NCBI GenBank assembly: GCA_965368975.1
Contig: CBDUPA010000009.1
Location: forward strand, 96,001-160,000
Reading direction: 5' to 3'
Length of the DNA stretch: 64,000 nucleotides
Origin: an uncultured bacterium
GTDB lineage: Bacteria; Acidobacteriota; Thermoanaerobaculia; Multivoradales; JAHZIX01
The notes under the pieces were generated by a model that saw only the letters and a program-made list of their open reading frames with translations, made no database searches and was not told the DNA's origin. The position numbers and the translations under genes were made by a program. Positions 1 to 9,167 of the stretch are shown here, piece after piece; the first letter of the stretch is position 1; every line of letters starts with the position of its first letter.

Positions 1-621
1 GCTGTCCGGATCACGCACGTCGCCGAAAGCGTTGAGGGCCACCGCCGCCGCCACTGTCGGCCCGCCGGGCACCTTGAGACTGGCGAAGCCGAAGCCGCCC
101 TTCATTCCTTGTACCGGCCCCAGTGCCTTGCCGACGCTCGCACCCGTGCCGGCACCGACACTGCCAACCTCGACCTCGACGGCCTGGCCCTGTCTCTGCT
201 GCGCCGCGTGCAGGGCAGCACGCATCATCTCGGGTGTCGGCGCGGCGTCGGCGGAACCGAAGGCAAGGTCGAAGAGGATAGCGGTGGGCACCAGGGGCAC
301 GGGTCGGTAGCCGGTCTGGAAACCGTAGCCTTGCGCTGCCAGCTCGACCGCGACAGCACCCGCGGCGTCCAGTCCGAAGCCGCTACCGCCGGCAAGCACC
401 AGGGCATGGGCCCGGCTGGCAACGTGCTCCACTGCGACCAGGGAGTCGAACTGGCGCGTCCCGGTGGCCGAGCCGCGCACTTCGGCCGCTGCCAGCGCAC
501 CCTCGGGACACAGCAAGAGGGTGACGCCAGTCTTGCCGTCCGTATCCGAGGCGTGAGCAAGAGAGAAACCCGGCACGTCCAAGGATCGGGTCGGGACCGG
601 AAGCGCGGGCCAGGCATGCAT
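1..621 (-). CDS. P1/S58 family peptidase (DmpA-like), 3' end beyond window
   Basis: Manual minus-strand translation from ATG at 621: ...GKTGVTLLLCPEGA...EVRGSATGTRQ...LVLAGGSGFGLDAA...VPLVPTAILFDL...GSVGAGTGASVGK...MKGGFG...ALNAFGDV. Not in the ORF track because it has no stop in the window. Confidence 0.85.
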   Translation of the reverse strand, partial: MHAWPALPVPTRSLDVPGFSLAHASDTDGKTGVTLLLCPEGALAAAEVRGSATGTRQFDSLVAVEHVASRAHALVLAGGSGFGLDAAGAVAVELAAQGYGFQTGYRPVPLVPTAILFDLAFGSADAAPTPEMMRAALHAAQQRQGQAVEVEVGSVGAGTGASVGKALGPVQGMKGGFGFASLKVPGGPTVAAAVALNAFGDVRDPDS

Positions 622-908
622 GGCACGAAGATACCACCCGCCGCGCCGGCCCCCCCCTTGTGGTCGAGCACCGAATCCGGGACAATACTCGGGCTGATGA
701 CTCGGGCGGGGGGTGCAATTCTCTGCACGGGCATGGTATATGTTGCTGCTGCGGCGCTCGACCCGTCGTCTTCGCAGGTACGGTTCCACGGGTTGCGCTG
801 CAGAAAGTGTCGAGATCGGCGTTCTGCGGGCCGGCAAGCAAACTAGGTAGAAATTCCAAATCGGCGGCGTTAAGGCTGCGATTCCGCTTCGCTCCGGAAA
901 GGACGAAC

Positions 909-1400
909 ATGTCAGAAGCAAATTTCGTTCTTTATGAGGAGGAGTTCCAGAGCCTGGAAGAGGCACTCCGGCGACTGCGCCAGGAGTCCAATGCCAAGGC
1001 GGTGTTCCTCATCGACAAGAACGGTCAGCAGATCGCTGCTGCGGGCGAAATCGAGCAGTTCGACACGACCTCGCTGGCATCGCTGACGGCTGGCAACGTG
1101 GCGGCCACGGACGGCCTCGCCAAGCTGATCGGCGAACGCGAGTTCTCGGTGCTGTTCCACGAAGGCCAACAGGACCACATTCACATCTCGATCGTCGCCA
1201 AGAAGGCGATCCTGGTGGTGATCTTCGACGACCGGTCCTCGCTGGGCCTGGTTCGCCTGCGAGTCAAGCGCGCCAGCGGTGACCTCGAGAAGATCTTCGA
1301 TGCCATGGCTCAGAAGATGCAAGCTGGCGGCACTTCCGCCGCTGCCAGTCCGTTCTCGGAGATCACGGACGACGATATCGACGCGCTGTTCAGTGAGTAA
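909..1400 (+). CDS. mglB: MglB, roadblock/LC7-domain GTPase-activating protein
   Basis: AKAVFLIDKNGQQIA...SLASLTAGNVAATDGLAKLIGE...SSLGLVRLRVK and C-terminal PFSEITDDDIDALF; directly upstream of mglA. Start moved to the ATG at 909. Confidence 0.92.
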   Translation: MSEANFVLYEEEFQSLEEALRRLRQESNAKAVFLIDKNGQQIAAAGEIEQFDTTSLASLTAGNVAATDGLAKLIGEREFSVLFHEGQQDHIHISIVAKKAILVVIFDDRSSLGLVRLRVKRASGDLEKIFDAMAQKMQAGGTSAAASPFSEITDDDIDALFSE

Positions 1401-1522
1401 CAGCTCAGCATAGACCGGTGGGCAGCTCTGAAACTTTCGAGCCGGGCGTCGATCCCTGTGACGCGTAACCCGGGTAAAGCAGACGACAAGGCGCTCCGCC
1501 AAATACTGATTCGAGGTTAGGA

Positions 1523-2107
1523 ATGGCGTTCATCAACTACGCCAGCAAGGAAATCAACTGCAAGATCGTGTACTACGGTCCCGGTCTATGCGGTAAGACG
1601 ACCAACCTGCAGTTCATCTACAGCAAGACCTCGCCGGAAACCCGGGGCAAGATGATCTCGCTGGCCACCGAAACAGACCGCACTCTGTTCTTCGATTTCC
1701 TTCCTTTGGACCTGGGTACCATCCGCGGGTTCACCACCCGGTTTCACCTGTACACGGTGCCGGGGCAGGTCTACTACGATGCCAGCCGCAAGCTGATCCT
1801 CAAGGGGGTCGACGGAATCGTCTTCGTGGCTGATAGCCAGGAAGAGCGAATGGAGGCCAACATCGAGTCCATTCGCAACCTGGAAGAGAATCTGAAGGAG
1901 AATGGCTTCGAGCTGAAGACGATCCCGTACGCGCTGCAGTTCAACAAGCGTGATCTGCCCAATGCGATGCCGGTCGACGAGATGTACCGCATTCTCAACT
2001 ACAAGCGAGAACCCACTTTCGAAGGCATCGCGACGACGGGCAAGGGCGTTTTCGACACCCTGAAGTCGGTCGCAAAGCAAATCTTGGTGGAACTGCGCAA
2101 GCGGTGA
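1523..2107 (+). CDS. mglA: MglA, small Ras-like GTPase
   Basis: [32 protein letters not shown] and NKRD motifs. Confidence 0.95.
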   Translation: MAFINYASKEINCKIVYYGPGLCGKTTNLQFIYSKTSPETRGKMISLATETDRTLFFDFLPLDLGTIRGFTTRFHLYTVPGQVYYDASRKLILKGVDGIVFVADSQEERMEANIESIRNLEENLKENGFELKTIPYALQFNKRDLPNAMPVDEMYRILNYKREPTFEGIATTGKGVFDTLKSVAKQILVELRKR

Positions 2108-2339
2108 CGCCGGTGCGTGATGCGCTCCCGAGCGCACGCCCGCCGTCATTCCGCGGTCCCTCCACCGGGCTGCGACATGCTGGGCTGCCACAAGCTAGGC
2201 TGCGGCAGACCGGAACAAGACCCGCCGGGCGGTGACACCGCTCGATGCCCGACTCCAACCCACTCCACTCCGCGACATCACTCCACCGGAATCTCCGGTG
2301 GTCATCTCGCTAGAACCCACCATCAGCCAGGAAACTACG

Positions 2340-2963
2340 ATGGCAAGACGCTGGAATCAAGAAAATTTGGACGAACTGAAGGCGCGGTCCGCCGGTACTT
2401 CGGTGGAAGATCTCGCCAAGCAGTTCAAGAGCACGCCGGTCACGATCCGCAAGAAGCTCAAAGAGCTCGGCGTCGGCGACGACGAACCGGAACGGGGCGT
2501 GTACGAAGACCCGCTGGTCGACAGCTACGGCGAGGCCGTCAAGGCCATGTATAGCGGCAAGTGGCAGAAGGCTGCCGATCTGCTGCGGCAGGTGATCGAC
2601 GGCGTCGACATGGTGGAGGTCGCCGAGCGAGCCCGCCAGATGCTCAACGTCTGCGAGCATCACCTGGGCAGCGGCGCTGGCGACGACATCGATCCGTTCC
2701 TGCAGGCCGTGTACGCCAAGAACCGGGGCGACTTCGACACCGCTGCCGAGCTGTGCCAGGACAAGAAGAACCAAGAGGACGAGCGGTTCATCTACCTCAG
2801 CGCCTCCCTGCACGCCCTCCAGGCACGCCCGGAGGAAGCAGCCACGGAACTGACCAAGGCCATCGAGATGAACCCCAAGAATCGCGTCTATGCCTTCCAT
2901 GACCCGGACTTCGAAGCTCTCCGACAGGAGCAAGAGTACGCTGGCGTCTTCGGTCTCGAATAA
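2340..2963 (+). CDS. Protein with N-terminal HTH-like segment and C-terminal TPR repeats
   Basis: N-terminal WNQENLDELK...VEDLAKQFKSTPVTIRKKL; TPR-like YLSASLHALQARPEEAATELTKAIEMNP; ends with DPDFEALR. Confidence 0.65.
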   Translation: MARRWNQENLDELKARSAGTSVEDLAKQFKSTPVTIRKKLKELGVGDDEPERGVYEDPLVDSYGEAVKAMYSGKWQKAADLLRQVIDGVDMVEVAERARQMLNVCEHHLGSGAGDDIDPFLQAVYAKNRGDFDTAAELCQDKKNQEDERFIYLSASLHALQARPEEAATELTKAIEMNPKNRVYAFHDPDFEALRQEQEYAGVFGLE

Positions 2964-3957
2964 GCGGCCATCTCTGGTCGCGATCGGCGGCGGTACGGGC
3001 TTGGCCGCGGTTCTGCGCGGTCTCAAGCATGAAGTCGGTGCCACCCTCGGCGAGCTGACCGCGGTGGTCACCGTGACCGATGACGGCGGCTCATCCGGCC
3101 GCCTGCGCCGCGACTTCGGCGTCCTGCCGCCGGGCGACATTCGCAACTGCATCGCCGCCCTGGCGGATGACGAGGATCTGCTGACGCGGCTCTTCCAGTA
3201 CCGCTTCGCTTCCGGTGAAGGGCTCTCGGGACACTCGTTCGGCAACCTCTTTCTGACCGCCCTCACCGGGATCACCGGCGACTTCTACCAGGCGATCTTG
3301 ACCGCCGAGGAGATCTTGTCGGTGCGCGGGCGCATCCTCCCCGCGACACTCACGGATGTGCGGTTGCGGGCCCGTGGCCAGTCGGGCCAGGTGTACGAGG
3401 GCGAATCGGCGATCGGGCACTCGGGCGAAGACCTCGCCCAGCTCGAGCTGGACCCGGCCGCTCCCGCCGCCTTTCCACAGGCCGCCCAGGCGCTCCGGGC
3501 AGCCGACCTGATCCTGCTGGGTCCTGGCTCGCTCTACACCTCGATCCTGCCCAATCTGCTGATCCCTGGTATCCGTCAGGCGATCTGCGACAGCCAGGCC
3601 CCCGTGGTCTTGCTGCTCAACCTGATGACGCAGCCCGGAGAAACCGACGGCATGGCCGCCCGGGACCACCTGATGGCGATCGAGTCGATTATCGGCAGCG
3701 GTCTCGTGGATGCGGTAGTCTTGCACGATGCACCCCTGCCGGCAACACGCCTGCGGTCGTACCAGGCCGTAGGATCGGAAGCTGTGGATGCGGCGCCAGG
3801 GGCGTTCGAGGGCTGCGGCGTACGTGTCATCCGCACCGACCTGCTGGCCGAGGGCGAGCTGATTCGCCATGACCCGAGCAAGCTCGCCGCTGTCGTGCTG
3901 AGCCTGCTGCGAACTCCACACCAGCTGCGACCCAAGCTGGCGGCCGTTCCGACCTGA
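2890..3957 (+). CDS. yvcK: YvcK/GlmR family UDP-GlcNAc-binding protein
   Basis: VAIGGGTGL, VTVTDDGGSSGRLR, PPGDIRN, GHSFGNL, GPGSLYTS and RHDP motifs. Start uncertain. Confidence 0.9.
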   Translation: MPSMTRTSKLSDRSKSTLASSVSNKRPSLVAIGGGTGLAAVLRGLKHEVGATLGELTAVVTVTDDGGSSGRLRRDFGVLPPGDIRNCIAALADDEDLLTRLFQYRFASGEGLSGHSFGNLFLTALTGITGDFYQAILTAEEILSVRGRILPATLTDVRLRARGQSGQVYEGESAIGHSGEDLAQLELDPAAPAAFPQAAQALRAADLILLGPGSLYTSILPNLLIPGIRQAICDSQAPVVLLLNLMTQPGETDGMAARDHLMAIESIIGSGLVDAVVLHDAPLPATRLRSYQAVGSEAVDAAPGAFEGCGVRVIRTDLLAEGELIRHDPSKLAAVVLSLLRTPHQLRPKLAAVPT

Positions 3958-3977
3958 ACCCCCCTTCCCGGGAGATC

Positions 3978-5402
3978 GTGATGAGTTCATCCGCCCCCAC
4001 CGCCGTCATTCTGGCCGCTGGCCGGGGTACCCGTATGCGCTCGCAGCTGCCCAAGGTGCTGCACCCGGTGGCTGGCAAGCCGATGCTGGAGTGGGTTCTC
4101 GACACGGCCCGCCAGGCCGGCTGTGGACGGCTGCTGGTTGTGGTGCGCCCGGATTCCGACGAGATCCGTGAGCACTTCCGAGATGCCGCGGATATCGAGT
4201 GGGTGCTGCAGCCCGAGCCGAAGGGCACCGGCCACGCGGTGGCAGTGGCGGAGCCACACGTGGGACCTGGTACTGCAGCTGACTCGACGTTGCTGGTGTT
4301 GTCCGGCGACGTGCCGCTGGTGACCGTGCAAACCCTGCGCCGCTTGCTCGAGGCCGCCGAGGCCGGTTGGGGCTCGATGGCGGTCGCCGAGCTGGAGCAG
4401 CCGGGCTCGCTGGGCCGCGTGCTGAGCACCGGCGACGGCCAGCCTGGCCCGGAACACCTGAGCCGTATCGTCGAGGCTGCCGACGCTGCTCCCGAGGAAC
4501 TGGCGGTGCGGTGCATCAATGCCGGTCTGTACGCGCTGCCGGCCGGCGTCCTGTTCGAGCAACTGCGGCAGCTGGACACTGACAACGCTCAGGGAGAGCT
4601 GTACCTGACTGACGCGGTGACCGGTGCCGCCGCCGCCGGTCATCCGGTAGCGCTGGTCGACCTCGATGACCCCGCCGAAGCCTGGGGAGTCAACACGCGG
4701 GTCGAGCTGGCGCGCGTACACCAACGCCTGCTGCGGCGCCACACGGAGGCGTTGATGCTCAGCGGCGTCACCCTCCTGGATCCGGAGCGCACCACCATCG
4801 AGCCCTGCGTGCGCGTGGGCCGCGATACGGTGATTCACTCCGGCGTCACGCTACTCGGCGACACCGAGATCGGGCAAGGCTGCGAGCTGCACGCCGGAGT
4901 CTGGCTGCGCGACAGCCGGCTGGCCGACTGCGTCGAGGTGCTGCCGTACAGCGTGATCGAGGGCGCCGAGCTGGATGCGGGAGGCCGCGTCGGTCCATTC
5001 ACCCGCTTGCGCCCCGGTGCCGAGCTGGGGCCGGACGTGCGCATCGGCAACTTCGTGGAGGTGAAGAAGTCACGGCTGGCGCGCGGCGTCAAGGCAGGGC
5101 ACCTGGCCTACATCGGCGACGCCGAGATCGGCGAGGAGACCAACGTCGGTGCCGGTGTCGTGACTTGCAACTACGACGGCCGCTTCAAGCACAAGACGAC
5201 GATCGGGGCTGAAGCGTTCATCGGCAGCGACACCATGCTGGTCGCCCCCGTGAAGGTCGGTGACCGCGCCACTACCGCCGCCGGCTCGACGATCACCCAG
5301 GACGTGCCCGAGGAGCACTTGGGCGTCGGCCGCGGACGCCAGCGCAACGTACCGGGTTGGCGCCAGCGGCAAGAGAAGAAGTGGCGCGGCGAGGAAAGCT
5401 GA
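3978..5402 (+). CDS. glmU: Bifunctional UDP-GlcNAc pyrophosphorylase / glucosamine-1-phosphate acetyltransferase
   Basis: ILAAGRGTRMRS.LPKVLH, NAQGELYLTD, GNFVEVK, HLAYIGDA, CNYDG and hexapeptide repeats. Confidence 0.95.
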   Translation: MMSSSAPTAVILAAGRGTRMRSQLPKVLHPVAGKPMLEWVLDTARQAGCGRLLVVVRPDSDEIREHFRDAADIEWVLQPEPKGTGHAVAVAEPHVGPGTAADSTLLVLSGDVPLVTVQTLRRLLEAAEAGWGSMAVAELEQPGSLGRVLSTGDGQPGPEHLSRIVEAADAAPEELAVRCINAGLYALPAGVLFEQLRQLDTDNAQGELYLTDAVTGAAAAGHPVALVDLDDPAEAWGVNTRVELARVHQRLLRRHTEALMLSGVTLLDPERTTIEPCVRVGRDTVIHSGVTLLGDTEIGQGCELHAGVWLRDSRLADCVEVLPYSVIEGAELDAGGRVGPFTRLRPGAELGPDVRIGNFVEVKKSRLARGVKAGHLAYIGDAEIGEETNVGAGVVTCNYDGRFKHKTTIGAEAFIGSDTMLVAPVKVGDRATTAAGSTITQDVPEEHLGVGRGRQRNVPGWRQRQEKKWRGEES

Positions 5403-5417
5403 GCCCCCTTCGAGACG

Positions 5418-7910
5418 TCAGCCCTTCATGTGGTTGAGATAGTCGTTCTCGACGCGCTGGCGTAGCTGGCGCAAACCGGCCCGGTCGAGTTCGCCTCGGC
5501 GCGCTTCGGCGAACAGCATTTGCCACAGCTGGGGGTTACCCTGGTCGGCTTCGCTGACCCGGTGCTCGCGGAATGCTTCGTGCTGGCCATCGCCGACCGC
5601 GAACCACGAGACGTCTGTGAAACCGCAGGTTTGCAGGACGTGGGCCAGGAGTTCGCGATTCCACAGGAAGCCACGGCCCTCGCCGTGGAAGGCGCGGTTG
5701 AGCCGTAGGGCGGCCTGGATGCGCCCATCCGCGTCACCTTCCAGGCGGTAGGGCGTGTGCCACTCCCAATCCAGGTTGGGCGTCGACAAGCGTAGCGCGC
5801 CCTCCTTACCAAGTGCAGCGTGACAGTGCTCCAGCAGGTCTACGGCCTGGTCCAGCGGCAGATGTTCGAGCGTGTCGTTTAGGTAGAGCGCGTCGGTCTT
5901 GGCGGGCTTCTGTGAACCGGCACCGTTGACCGGCTGTCCGTTACTTGGCACCACGTGGTCGAGGAACTCCTGGCGAATCTGAGCGCGCAGCCGCTCCAGG
6001 ACCTCGGGCTGCTTGGCGCCCTTGACCGCCTCGACGATCAGCACGTGCGGCAGGTCTGGACTGTCCGGGTAGGTCTCGTGCCGTTCCAGCTGACGGAACT
6101 CCACACGGTTGCTGTCGCCGTAAGCGTGCCAGGAGAGATCCTCGAAGCCGCAGGCAGTCAGGGCTCGCGCCAAGATTTCCTTGTTCCACAGGAAGCGGTG
6201 CTCCCACCCTCGAAAGGCGCGATTGAGCACGATGGCGCGGTTGGCGCGCTCGTGCTCCGGGCCCTCGAAAGTGTATTGGTTGAGCCACACCCAGTCCAGG
6301 TTGGGCGTCGACAGGCGAATCACGCCGCCGTCGACCAGGGTGTCGTGGCTGCGCTCGAGAAAGCTGAGCACGTCGTCGATGTGCAGATGCTCGAGGAAGT
6401 GCTCGGCGTAGATGCGCTCGGCGCCCCGGAACCGCAGTCCCTTGGTCACGTCGGCGACCACGTCGACCTGCGGCAGAGGCTGCATGTCGATGTTCACCCA
6501 GCCTTCGAGCCGCTTGTTGCCGCAACCGATGTGCAGCCACGGCCGGCGGAACGCTTCGGGAGCCAGGCGCAGGGCCCGGCGACGCAAGAGCTTGCGCCAC
6601 AGCGCACGGGCGCGCACTTGCACGCCATGGTAGAGACGGAACGCCAGCACCTCGGCAGCGCGCCGGATCTGGCGCGGTGCGCCGAACCAGCGCACTTCTT
6701 TGCCTCTCATCTCGTCCAGTGCCTCGTCGAGGTCATGGTAGAACTCCTCGTCGGCCCGAAAGTACATGTTCTTGAGCGCGCAGCGGTGGGACTCGATGCA
6801 CTGCGGCTCGAGCGCCGTGAAGCGGCCCGGACGCTGGAACACTCGGCCGCGCGTCAGCATCACTTCGCGATGCTCTTGGCGCAGGCGCGTGAACCCCTCG
6901 CCGTTCCACACCTCTTGCACCGAGCCCTCGCGGGCGTTGGCCAGCGGCTTGTACTCGGGATTCATCAGCATGCAGCAGGGGTACATCTCGCCGGTGCCGC
7001 GGATGGTCGCGGTATACCAGCCGAAGAAGCATTGACCGTTGCGCGCCTCGTCGAACGACTTTGCCGCAGGAAAGGCATGCTGCGACGGGATCGCCAGCGA
7101 CGCGCGCAGGCGCTCGGTCATGTCGTTCCATTCCGGCCACGGGAAGCACATCTGCAACAGCCCGGCTTCCTGGTCTTCGCGCAGCACCTGCTCCAGATAC
7201 GGGCGCACCAGCTGATGGTCATTGTGACCGAGCAGCGCCTTGCCTTCGAGCCGCTGTAGCGGAATCTCGAGCACTGCATTGAGCGCGATGCGGTCGACCC
7301 CCAGCTCGCGGCCCAGGCGGTACATCTCGGGTAACCGCCGGTAGTTGACCGGATCGAGCAGGAACTGCACAACCACCGTGGGCAGCGGTGCATCACCGCG
7401 CGCCGCCAGCAGGTGCCGCAGGTTGCTGAGCACGTCGTCGTAGGTACGGGCACGCACCCGCATCATGCGTTGGTAGTCCTCGGCGTCGACGGCGTTGAGC
7501 GACACGATCACTTCGCGCGCTCCGTCAGCCACCAGGCGATCCGCGATCTCGGGCTTGAGCAGGGCCCCGTTGGTGGTCAGGTTGTCGATCACCACGCCGT
7601 GCTCGGCGAGCGCCGCCTGCACGGCCGGGAAGTGCTTGTACATGAGCGGATCGCCGCCCCCGGACATGCGTACCGACTTGAGCCCACTGGCCGCCAGCTC
7701 ACCCAGGAGCCGCTCCACCTCTTCCAGCGGAATGGACTCCTTGGTGCGCACATCCATCTGGTTGCAGAAGTAGCACGCGACGTTGCAGCGGTCTGTGAGA
7801 TCCAACTCGGCATGCACCGGCCCGGACGTCGGTCCGCCCGTGCGGATCGCGTCGATCAGCTCTCGTTTGCGTTCTTGGTCTACCAGGCTCCAGCCGTGAC
7901 TTGCCGACAT
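5418..7910 (-). CDS. Radical SAM/SPASM protein fused to a class I methyltransferase domain and a partial duplicate of it
   Basis: CNVACYFC; SGGGDP; SPASM-like CFFGW...GEMYPCC; LHIGCGNKRLEGWVNID; the block (F/T)LEHL...RLSTPNLDW...LNRAF.G...FLWN occurs twice. Confidence 0.8.
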   Translation of the reverse strand: MSASHGWSLVDQERKRELIDAIRTGGPTSGPVHAELDLTDRCNVACYFCNQMDVRTKESIPLEEVERLLGELAASGLKSVRMSGGGDPLMYKHFPAVQAALAEHGVVIDNLTTNGALLKPEIADRLVADGAREVIVSLNAVDAEDYQRMMRVRARTYDDVLSNLRHLLAARGDAPLPTVVVQFLLDPVNYRRLPEMYRLGRELGVDRIALNAVLEIPLQRLEGKALLGHNDHQLVRPYLEQVLREDQEAGLLQMCFPWPEWNDMTERLRASLAIPSQHAFPAAKSFDEARNGQCFFGWYTATIRGTGEMYPCCMLMNPEYKPLANAREGSVQEVWNGEGFTRLRQEHREVMLTRGRVFQRPGRFTALEPQCIESHRCALKNMYFRADEEFYHDLDEALDEMRGKEVRWFGAPRQIRRAAEVLAFRLYHGVQVRARALWRKLLRRRALRLAPEAFRRPWLHIGCGNKRLEGWVNIDMQPLPQVDVVADVTKGLRFRGAERIYAEHFLEHLHIDDVLSFLERSHDTLVDGGVIRLSTPNLDWVWLNQYTFEGPEHERANRAIVLNRAFRGWEHRFLWNKEILARALTACGFEDLSWHAYGDSNRVEFRQLERHETYPDSPDLPHVLIVEAVKGAKQPEVLERLRAQIRQEFLDHVVPSNGQPVNGAGSQKPAKTDALYLNDTLEHLPLDQAVDLLEHCHAALGKEGALRLSTPNLDWEWHTPYRLEGDADGRIQAALRLNRAFHGEGRGFLWNRELLAHVLQTCGFTDVSWFAVGDGQHEAFREHRVSEADQGNPQLWQMLFAEARRGELDRAGLRQLRQRVENDYLNHMKG

Positions 7911-7988
7911 GCGAGGAGCCTATCATCGCGGCTCTAGTGCGGGAATTTTCACCGCGCTGTTTGCTGCTGTAAGGAAGCAGGAGGCATC

Positions 7989-9167
7989 ATGTCCGAGACT
8001 TCACCGTCCAAGAGAAGCGGGCGGCAGCGCGTCGCGCGCGCGTTGTCGTTCACAGCGTTGAGCATCTTGCTGCTCTTGCTGGCTTCGGCCGGCGTCGAAA
8101 GCTGGTTGCAGGCACGGGAAGACGAGCGCGTGCCGGCTCCGGGTGAGCGCGTTGATGTCGGCGGCTATCTCTTGCATTTGAACTGCCAGGGCCGAGGGTC
8201 GCCGACCGTGGTCTTGGAGAGCGGCCTCGGCATGTCGTCGACATCCTGGGCCTGGATCCAGCCACGGCTAGCAGAGCGGACGCGCGTGTGCAGCTACGAC
8301 CGTGCCGGCTACGGCTGGAGCGATGGCGGCCCGGCGGCACGCGGCGGCGATCGACTGGTCGAAGACCTGCACCGGGCGCTCGAAGCTGCCGGCGAGACGG
8401 GACCGCTCCTACTAGTAGGCCACTCACTGGGCGGCTTGCTGGTGCGCCTCTACCACGGCACCTATCCGGACGACGTGGTGGGCTTGGTGCTAATCGACCC
8501 CACACTGTCGCGCTTCCGTGAGCGCACCGTGGCGCCGGACGAGATCGAACCGCTGGGCTTCTGGCATGGCCCCTCACTACTCGCCCGCTTCGGCTACGAC
8601 CGCGTGCAGAGTCTGCCGGATTCCTGGCAGACGAGTCTGCCCGAGCACGCGAACACCGCCCTGCTTCTACGTACCCGGCGGCCTTCGTCGCGCCTGGCAG
8701 CAGCCAACGAGCAGCACTACTTGCGCGCCTACCAGTGGGCGCTCTGGCAGCAGGCGGACGAGGGACGCGACAGCCCCGGCACGACTCCCGTGACGCTGAT
8801 CAAGACGACAGTGGTGGCGGACACCAGCGGTTTCGACCCCGAGCAGGTAAAGGAGATCTTGGCTCTCTTCACAGCAGCTCTGGGAGAGATGGCAGCCGCC
8901 TCCAACACCGGCGAGTTTCTGCAACCGCCGGACACCGACCACCTGTCCATCCTGCTCGACGAGGAGGATGCGCAGTGGGTGATCACCGCAGTGGACAAGC
9001 TCCTGCGGTCACTGGCGGACTCCTCCGGAGTGGGTGCAGTGGAGACAGGTGCAGTGGAGACGGGTGCAGTGGAGACGGGTGCAGTGGAGACGAGCTCGGA
9101 GGCAGATACCTCCATGACAGACTCGACGGAAACAATGGAACCTGATTCCGGAGGAGGTATGTCTTGA
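7989..9167 (+). CDS. Membrane-anchored alpha/beta hydrolase
   Basis: N-terminal TM segment; PTVVLESG, RVCSYDRAGYGWS, GHSLGG nucleophile elbow. Confidence 0.85.
   Translation: MSETSPSKRSGRQRVARALSFTALSILLLLLASAGVESWLQAREDERVPAPGERVDVGGYLLHLNCQGRGSPTVVLESGLGMSSTSWAWIQPRLAERTRVCSYDRAGYGWSDGGPAARGGDRLVEDLHRALEAAGETGPLLLVGHSLGGLLVRLYHGTYPDDVVGLVLIDPTLSRFRERTVAPDEIEPLGFWHGPSLLARFGYDRVQSLPDSWQTSLPEHANTALLLRTRRPSSRLAAANEQHYLRAYQWALWQQADEGRDSPGTTPVTLIKTTVVADTSGFDPEQVKEILALFTAALGEMAAASNTGEFLQPPDTDHLSILLDEEDAQWVITAVDKLLRSLADSSGVGAVETGAVETGAVETGAVETSSEADTSMTDSTETMEPDSGGGMS
9033..9092 (+). repeat. 15-bp in-frame tandem repeat x4 (GGTGCAGTGGAGACR, encoding GAVET)
   Basis: Four copies read directly from the sequence. 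Confidence 0.95.
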
